From positions 1,782,302-1,846,301 of the forward strand of contig OY730414.1 of NCBI GenBank assembly GCA_963422615.1: a DNA stretch of 64,000 bases. The letters are read 5' to 3'. The stretch is from Longimicrobiales bacterium. GTDB taxonomy: Bacteria > Gemmatimonadota > Gemmatimonadetes > Longimicrobiales > Gaopeijiaceae. Each line of letters starts with the position of its first letter. Positions within the stretch are counted from its first letter, which is position 1. Shown here piece by piece: positions 57,933 to 64,000 of the stretch. A model generated the notes under the pieces. The model did not search any database, was not told the DNA's origin, and saw only the letters and a list, made by a program, of their open reading frames with translations. The translations under genes and the position numbers were made by a program.

Positions 57933-59198
57933 CTACGCCCCGTATCTCCGAATGGCGAGGCATACGTTGTGTCCCCCGAAACCGAAAGAATTGGTCAAAG
58001 CGACGGATACGGGGCGTTCAATCATGCCGCCGTGGGCGTACTCCAGGTCGCAGGCCTCGTCCTTCTCGGAGAAGTTGATCGTCGGAGGAATCTTCCCCGT
58101 CCGGCACGCGAGTACGCAAACCGCCGCCTCCAGAGCCCCCGCAGCCCCCAGGAGGTGTCCCGTCATGGACTTGGTTGACCCCACGACCACCTCGTAGGCC
58201 CGCGGGCCCAGCACAGCCTTGATCGCCTTCGTCTCGGCCGCGTCGTTCCGGGGAGTCGACGTGCCGTGGGCGTTGATATAGTCCACATCGTCCGGGCCGA
58301 TTCCCGCGTCCCGGAGGGCCATTCGCATCGCAAGCTGAGCCCCTCGAGCCTCAGGGGGGGGGGCGGTGACGTGGTGGGCGTCTCCGGAAAGGCCGAAGCC
58401 GATCACCTCTCCCAGAATCGTTGCGCCCCGAGCCCGGGCATGCTTCATCTCTTCCAGAAGAAGACACGCCGCGCCTTCGCCGATCACGAAGCCGTCTCGG
58501 CCGGCGTCAAACGGCCGACTGGCCCCGGCCGGATCGTCGTTCCGGGTGGACATCGCCTTCATGGAGGCGAAGCCGGCAATCGTCAGGGGAGTTACGCTCG
58601 CTTCGGCGCCCCCCGCAAGCATCAGGTCGGCGTCTCCCCGCTCAATATATCTGGCCGCGTTCCCGATCGCGTGGGCGCTGGACGCACACGCTGAAACGGT
58701 GGCGTAGTTGGGTCCTTGCAGTCCGTATCGAATCGAGACCAACCCCGCCGCGATGTCGGGAATGAACATGGGTACAAAGAACGGGCTGACCCGTTCCGGT
58801 CCCCGGGTCAGCAAGGTCCGGCAGTTGGACTCGAAGGTGTCGATTCCGCCAATCCCGCTCCCGATGATCACGCCAAAGGCAAACGGGGATACGCTCGGCG
58901 GCGGTCCCGAAAGTCCGCCCGACGCCATGGCCTGATCGGCGGCCGCAATCGCCAGCTGGGCAAACCTGTCGTATCGGCGGACTTCCTTTCGGCCCAGGTA
59001 TGCGGCCGCATCAAAGTCCTTGATCTCGCAAGCGATCCGGGTGGAAAAGCGCTCGTCGGGATCAAAGTGGGTGATAGGGCCTCCCCCCGGCGTACCCGCC
59101 AGGAGGGCGTCCCACGTGGACGCAACCTCCAGTCCAACCGGGCTCACCATACCCAACCCGGTGATGGCCACCCGCCTCCGACGCCCTGCGTTATTCAT
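57933..59198 (-). CDS. fabF: Beta-ketoacyl-ACP synthase II
   Basis: [57 protein letters not shown] and NSFGFGGHN motifs. Confidence 0.97.
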   Translation of the reverse strand: MNNAGRRRRVAITGLGMVSPVGLEVASTWDALLAGTPGGGPITHFDPDERFSTRIACEIKDFDAAAYLGRKEVRRYDRFAQLAIAAADQAMASGGLSGPPPSVSPFAFGVIIGSGIGGIDTFESNCRTLLTRGPERVSPFFVPMFIPDIAAGLVSIRYGLQGPNYATVSACASSAHAIGNAARYIERGDADLMLAGGAEASVTPLTIAGFASMKAMSTRNDDPAGASRPFDAGRDGFVIGEGAACLLLEEMKHARARGATILGEVIGFGLSGDAHHVTAPPPEARGAQLAMRMALRDAGIGPDDVDYINAHGTSTPRNDAAETKAIKAVLGPRAYEVVVGSTKSMTGHLLGAAGALEAAVCVLACRTGKIPPTINFSEKDEACDLEYAHGGMIERPVSVALTNSFGFGGHNVCLAIRRYGA

Positions 59199-59279
59199 GG
59201 CCCCAGCAAACGGAATGGACGGCAAGGCGAATGCCCCGTCGCCCGAAGGCTCGGCACTTCCCCTCCCCGCCACCTCCGC

Positions 59280-59519
59280 CTACGAGCGGACGTGCTCCTT
59301 GATGTAGGAAACGGCGTCCTTGACGGTGCGCATCTGTTCGGCGTCTTCGTCGGGAATGTCGATTGAAAACTCTTCCTCGAACGCCATGACAAGCTCGACC
59401 GTGTCCAGGGAGTCGGCGCCCAAGTCTTCAACGAACGAAGCCTCCGGAGTGATCTTGTCGGCTTCAACGCCGAGCTCATTGATGATGATTTCCCTGACCT
59501 TGGCTTCCGCGTCGGACAT
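59280..59519 (-). CDS. acpP: Acyl carrier protein
   Basis: [26 protein letters not shown] before ATG 59519. Confidence 0.98.
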   Translation of the reverse strand: MSDAEAKVREIIINELGVEADKITPEASFVEDLGADSLDTVELVMAFEEEFSIDIPDEDAEQMRTVKDAVSYIKEHVRS

Positions 59520-59619
59520 GGTTTCGTTCTCCATCGTCGGATGTGTGCTTGAAGTGTATATCGGCCCGTCGGCCGCCCTGTCGGCAAGAGCAATGCGTCG
59601 CGGCTCCAGCGACGGGTCG

Positions 59620-60366
59620 CTACATCGCCATGCCCCCGTCAACCACGATGATCTGGCCCGTAATGTAACGCGCCCCCGGACCCGCCAGGAACCGAACCAC
59701 ACCGGCCACGTCCGCGGGCTCCCCCAGAGAGGCAAGAGGGATTCGGCTTCGTAAGTCCCGTACCCGTGCCTCGTCCAGCCCGGCGGTCATGTCGGTACGG
59801 ATGAAACCCGGCGCCACTGCGTTGCAACGGACGTTGCGGGAGGCCAGCTCCTTGGCGACCGATTTCGTCAGCCCGTGGAGTCCCGCCTTTGAGGCCGCGT
59901 AGTTGGCCTGTCCGGCATTTCCCGTAAGGCCGACGACGGAGCTGACGTTGATGATGGATCCCGTACGCCGCTTCATCATTCCCCGAGCGACGGACCGGAC
60001 CATGTGGAAAGCTCCGCCCAGATTGGTGGCGAGGACCCGGGACCAGTCTTCATCCCGCAGCCGGAGGAGGATATTGTCCCTAGTGATTCCTGCGTTGTTG
60101 ACCAGGGTGGAAACCGGGCCCTGCTCCCTTTCCACCCCCGCTACGGTTTCCTTGCATTGAGCGGAGTCGGCCACGTCACAGGCATATCCGAAATGGCCTT
60201 GCCCGGGCAGCCCCGCCGCCGCTTCCGCGGCCTGCGCGCCGTCTCTTGACACCACGGCAACTCGAGCACCTGCCCCGGAAAGAGCCTGGGCAACGGCCAA
60301 TCCGATCCCCCGCGATCCCCCCGTTACGATGGCGACGGATCCTGTCAGTTCGGCACCTCCCGTCAT
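59620..60366 (-). CDS. fabG: 3-oxoacyl-ACP reductase
   Basis: [39 protein letters not shown] and YITGQ motifs. Confidence 0.97.
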   Translation of the reverse strand: MTGGAELTGSVAIVTGGSRGIGLAVAQALSGAGARVAVVSRDGAQAAEAAAGLPGQGHFGYACDVADSAQCKETVAGVEREQGPVSTLVNNAGITRDNILLRLRDEDWSRVLATNLGGAFHMVRSVARGMMKRRTGSIINVSSVVGLTGNAGQANYAASKAGLHGLTKSVAKELASRNVRCNAVAPGFIRTDMTAGLDEARVRDLRSRIPLASLGEPADVAGVVRFLAGPGARYITGQIIVVDGGMAM

Positions 60367-61292
60367 CGGAAAGCCTCCAAGGATTCAAGTGACTTTCGGG
60401 TTCCCAGGGGATACGTGGGTACGCCCCTTGCATTTCGCCGGTTGAGACCCGTCAGCACCGACCCCGGACCCAGCTCGGCGAACCGCGCCACCCCGAGAGA
60501 CCGGAGGCGGGCAACGCACTCGATCCAACGGACTGGGGAAGTGAGTTGGCGAACCAAGAGCTCCCGGATCCGACCGGGATCCCGGACGGCTTCGGCCGTG
60601 ACGTTGGAAACCACCGGGAAGGTCGGCGGATCAAACGACATGCGGTTCAGCTCCTCCCTGAACGCCTGGGCGGCGGGCGCCATGAGTGGAGAGTGGAAGG
60701 CTGCGGAGACCTTGAGGGGGAGGACCCGCTTCGCCCCCTTCCGCTTCGCGGCGGCGGCAACGGTCACGACCCCCTCACGTTCCCCGCTCACGACAACTTG
60801 ACCCCTTGCGTTCAAATTCGCCGGAACGACCACCATCCCCGCCTCTGCCGCTTCCCTGCACAGCTCCGATACGGCCTCCCCGTCCAGACCGATCACCGCC
60901 GCCATGATCCCCGGTGCGGTGCTCCCGGCCCGGGCCATGAGCTCTCCTCGGCACCGAACGGCCCGAAGGCCCTCCGCGAAGGAGTAGGTCCCCGCTGCGG
61001 CGTGAGCCGACAGCTCCCCCAGGGAGTGGCCTGCCGCCGCCGTTACCGGCCCCAGCGCCTCCCCGAGAACCCGGTACACGGCCAGTGAATGAACGTAGAG
61101 GGCAGGCTGGGCGTTCTCCGTGGCCGTGAGGGCGTCGCCGGGACCGTCCCACATGAGCTGGGAAAGACCGAAGCCCAAGATGTCGTCGGCTTCTTCGAAG
61201 GTCCGCCCGGCTGCAGAAAAACCGGCCGCAAGGTCTCGACCCATCCCCACTTTCTGAGATCCCTGGCCGGGAAACAGCAAACCCGTGCTCAC
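60363..61292 (-). CDS. fabD: Malonyl-CoA:ACP transacylase
   Basis: FPGQGSQ, TENAQPA, GHSLGE, VSAAFHSPLM, QLTSPVRW and ELGPG motifs. Confidence 0.97.
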   Translation of the reverse strand: MSTGLLFPGQGSQKVGMGRDLAAGFSAAGRTFEEADDILGFGLSQLMWDGPGDALTATENAQPALYVHSLAVYRVLGEALGPVTAAAGHSLGELSAHAAAGTYSFAEGLRAVRCRGELMARAGSTAPGIMAAVIGLDGEAVSELCREAAEAGMVVVPANLNARGQVVVSGEREGVVTVAAAAKRKGAKRVLPLKVSAAFHSPLMAPAAQAFREELNRMSFDPPTFPVVSNVTAEAVRDPGRIRELLVRQLTSPVRWIECVARLRSLGVARFAELGPGSVLTGLNRRNARGVPTYPLGTRKSLESLEAFR

Positions 61293-61347
61293 CTGCGGAC
61301 TCCCCCTCTCCCGTTCTTGCACGCCCCTGGCCGTTTCGTCTTCCGCA

Positions 61348-62343
61348 CTACCAACGCATGGCCATGGCGCCCCAGGTAAGGCCGGCTCCGAATGCGGTCA
61401 TCAGGATCAGGGAACCCGGCCCGACGCGTCCTTGCTCCTGGGCTTCGTCCAGGGCGACAGGTATGGTGGCCGAGGAGATGTTGCCATATCGATGAAGATT
61501 GACGAAAACCTTGTCCATGGGGATTCCGGCGTGCTTCGCCGTCGACTTGATGATCCTGGAGTTGGCCTGGTGGGGAACCATGAGGTCGACGTCGGCGGAG
61601 TCCAGCCCGGCGTCGGCCAGTACTCGGAAACCCGCGTCGGCCATGGACCGAACCGCCGACTTGAACACTTCTCGGCCGGACATACGCAACAGGTGCTCCT
61701 TGTTCCGGAGCGCCGCTTCGTCCAACGGCTTGGCACTCCCGCCGGCTGGCCGCTCCAGCAGGGACGCCAAGTCCCCGTTCGACCGATGGAAGCTGGACAG
61801 GATGCCCGAGCCGTTCTCAGTCCCTCCCACCACGGCGGCCCCAGCCCCATCCCCGAAGAGGATACAGGTGGCCCGGTCCTCCCAGTCGATGATGGAGGAC
61901 ATCTTCTCTGTCGAAACCACCAAAATCGCCTCTCCCCTGCCCGCGGCCAGGTATCCCTCCGCGACCGAAAGCGCGTAGAGAAAGCCCGAACACGCTGCGT
62001 GCAGATCGAAGGCAGGGCAGGTCCGGGAAGCTCCGATGCGGGACTGGATCTCGCACGCTGTGGAAGGCAGCCACTTGTCAGGGGTCGCCGTCGTAACGAT
62101 GAGCAGATCGATGTCGGCCGGTTCCAGCCCGGCCTTGACAAGGGCGACCCGGGCCGCGCGTTCCCCCATGTCCACGGCGGTCATGTCCGCGGGCGCGATT
62201 CGCCGTTCCAGGATTCCCGTGCGTTCCCGGATCCACGCGTCGTCGGTATCCACCATGCGCTCCAGGTCGGCGTTCGAGAGGACGGGATCGGGGAGGAAAC
62301 GGGCTGTGGCCGAAATCCGTGCCAGCGGGGCGCGCGGGGTCAT
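61348..62343 (-). CDS. fabH: Beta-ketoacyl-ACP synthase III
   Basis: WIRERTGI, AACSGF, TCILFGDGAGA, VPHQAN, YGNISSA and FGAGLTWG motifs. Confidence 0.97.
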   Translation of the reverse strand: MTPRAPLARISATARFLPDPVLSNADLERMVDTDDAWIRERTGILERRIAPADMTAVDMGERAARVALVKAGLEPADIDLLIVTTATPDKWLPSTACEIQSRIGASRTCPAFDLHAACSGFLYALSVAEGYLAAGRGEAILVVSTEKMSSIIDWEDRATCILFGDGAGAAVVGGTENGSGILSSFHRSNGDLASLLERPAGGSAKPLDEAALRNKEHLLRMSGREVFKSAVRSMADAGFRVLADAGLDSADVDLMVPHQANSRIIKSTAKHAGIPMDKVFVNLHRYGNISSATIPVALDEAQEQGRVGPGSLILMTAFGAGLTWGAMAMRW

Positions 62344-63335
62344 GAGCGGGGCTGCATTCTCGACGCGAGGTCCCGGGCGATGTGGGCAACCATGCCGCTG
62401 CGAACGGCCCGAGCCGCCACCCCGATGGCGGCGCTGATCGCCCGTGGAGGGGATTTTCCGTGGCAGATGATGCTCACCCCGTTCACTCCCAGAAGGGGCG
62501 CCCCGCCGTACTCTGCATAGTCGAAGACGCGGAACACATCTTCAAGGTCCGGGTCCAGGCGATCGGGGTCCATGCGGGAACGGAGGTTGTGCACCAGAAA
62601 ACCGGCGACGGACTCGTAGAATTTCAGCAGGATGTTTCCACAGAAGCCGTCGCAGACGAGAACATCACACGCATGGTGGATGATGTCCCGGCCCTCGATG
62701 TTGCCGACGAAATCCAAATCGCTCTCCGCGAGAAGTCGATGGGCTTCCTGAACGACTTCGGATCCCTTCACCGCCTCCGCCCCCACATTCAACAGTCCCA
62801 CTCGAGGACTCCGGACTCCCTGGAGGTCGTGCATGTAGACCGCGCCCAAGCGAGAAAATTGAAGCAGGTGATGCGGCTTGCAATCGACGTTGGCCCCGGC
62901 GTCGACCAATAGCGTGGGCCCCCTGGAGGTGGGCAGCAGGGCCCCGACGGTAGGGCGATCGACCCCGGCGAGGGCACGGAGGACCAGTAGGGAACCGGCC
63001 ATGACGGCCCCCGTCGAGCCTGCGGACACGAAAGCGTCGGCCTCTCCGCGCTTCTGCAAACCCAGACCCACGCTGATGGAGGAACGGGGCCGACGGCGAA
63101 AGGCCGACGCCGGAGCGTCGTTGGAGGTGATCTGGTCCGGGGCGTGGACCACGGTGATCCGGTCCCGGTCAAGGTCCCTCCCGTCGGAACATCTCCCCAG
63201 AGACTTCGCGACAACCGCCTCGTCTCCGACGAGCAGTACCCTCAGGCCGGGATCGGCCTTGACGGCTTCGACGGCTCCAACGACCTCACTGGACGGAGCA
63301 CTGTCCGTTCCCATCGCGTCCAGAGCGATCCGCAT
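62340..63335 (-). CDS. plsX: Phosphate acyltransferase PlsX
   Basis: IALDAMG, VSAGSTGA, DAGANVD, GLLNVG.E..KG, VCDGFCGN, YGGAPLLGV and HGKS motifs. Confidence 0.97.
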   Translation of the reverse strand: MRIALDAMGTDSAPSSEVVGAVEAVKADPGLRVLLVGDEAVVAKSLGRCSDGRDLDRDRITVVHAPDQITSNDAPASAFRRRPRSSISVGLGLQKRGEADAFVSAGSTGAVMAGSLLVLRALAGVDRPTVGALLPTSRGPTLLVDAGANVDCKPHHLLQFSRLGAVYMHDLQGVRSPRVGLLNVGAEAVKGSEVVQEAHRLLAESDLDFVGNIEGRDIIHHACDVLVCDGFCGNILLKFYESVAGFLVHNLRSRMDPDRLDPDLEDVFRVFDYAEYGGAPLLGVNGVSIICHGKSPPRAISAAIGVAARAVRSGMVAHIARDLASRMQPRS

Positions 63336-63359
63336 CGGGATGACTTCAGGAACGGTAGG

Positions 63360-63542
63360 TTACGCTTGTTCCACGTCGTAGATCCGTCTGCCGCGGTATA
63401 TGCCCGATGTAGGGCAGACGCGGTGACGCCGCTTTGGATCGCCGGTCTTTGAGCACGTCCCCAGGGTCACTTTCTTTGCCTTGTAGTGGGTGCGACGCTT
63501 GCGCTTCCGCTGCTTGGATACCCGTTTCTTCGGGACGGCCAT
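63360..63542 (-). CDS. rpmF: 50S ribosomal protein L32
   Basis: MAVPKKRVSK..KRKRRTH...HRVC..G.YRGR. Confidence 0.97.
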   Translation of the reverse strand: MAVPKKRVSKQRKRKRRTHYKAKKVTLGTCSKTGDPKRRHRVCPTSGIYRGRRIYDVEQA

Positions 63543-63555
63543 TGTACGTGTTTTC

Positions 63556-64000
63556 CTAGTCGGTTTGAATGGCTCTCAGCGCCGACCACCTGGGGTCGAC
63601 ATCGCTTCCCGGCCCGCTTCCTACATGCTCAAAACGATCCGCCGGGAGACCGCAATGCGTGCAGCAACCTTCTTCTTGGTCGGGAAGGAAGTATCGCGGT
63701 ACCTCCAGTACGACTTCTTCCCGCACTGCCTCTTCCACGTCCACCGTGGTCGACCATTGACCGAAGACCCGCACGTCCGGATCCCCCTTATCCTCGCCCC
63801 CGTCCAGAACGTAGACCAGGGAGAAGGACCTCCGAATAGGGAGACGGACTTCTTCCAGGCAGCGGTCGCAATCACGCAAAACCGGGGCGTGCCAAGAACC
63901 CCGAACCACGAAGCCTCCTTCTGCGGTCATGGCCGCCGAACCCACGACCTCCACCGCACTCGAAAACTTCAGATCGCAGCCTGCCCAGAGATCCGCGTCG
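63556..64000 (-). CDS. YceD/DUF177 family protein (5'-truncated by window edge)
   Basis: CDRCL, VREEVVL, CCTHCG and DPRWSAL motifs; upstream of rpmF. Confidence 0.9.
   Translation of the reverse strand, partial: DADLWAGCDLKFSSAVEVVGSAAMTAEGGFVVRGSWHAPVLRDCDRCLEEVRLPIRRSFSLVYVLDGGEDKGDPDVRVFGQWSTTVDVEEAVREEVVLEVPRYFLPDQEEGCCTHCGLPADRFEHVGSGPGSDVDPRWSALRAIQTD

Overview
High-GC bacterial chromosomal segment. Gene order and protein families suggest Gemmatimonadota (Longimicrobiales-like); this is inference only. The left half (1-27.4 kb) is mostly + strand: lpxB-lpxK-rlmH-SAM methyltransferase-bshC-murJ-uvrC, a TPR lipoprotein, tRNA-Gly(CCC), DUF512-der-plsY-gpsA-merR-surE-DUF368, then accessory genes around tRNA-Arg(CCT). 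The right half (30-64 kb) is mostly - strand: yceD-rpmF-plsX-fabHDG-acpP-fabF-ispF-dedA-xerD, then kdsB-pyrG-kdsACD-lptCAB-rpoN followed by a GT-C/YfhO glycosylation cluster. The halves converge on a clear 28-bp XerC/D dif site at 29853-29880, so the window probably spans the replication terminus. The most unusual observations are: (1) a DUF368 undecaprenyl-phosphate translocase carrying an inserted phage baseplate-J-like domain; (2) an uncharacterised two-gene membrane/vWA-like module and a decayed micro-ORF flanking dif; (3) a voltage-sensor channel with a non-canonical filter paired with a DEDDh-TerB-BRCT exonuclease behind tRNA-Arg; (4) a probable N-methyl-bacillithiol methyltransferase coupled to bshC; (5) a heavily frameshifted trpG/pabA relic and a frameshifted ispF. 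All calls come from motif reading by eye; no database searches were run.
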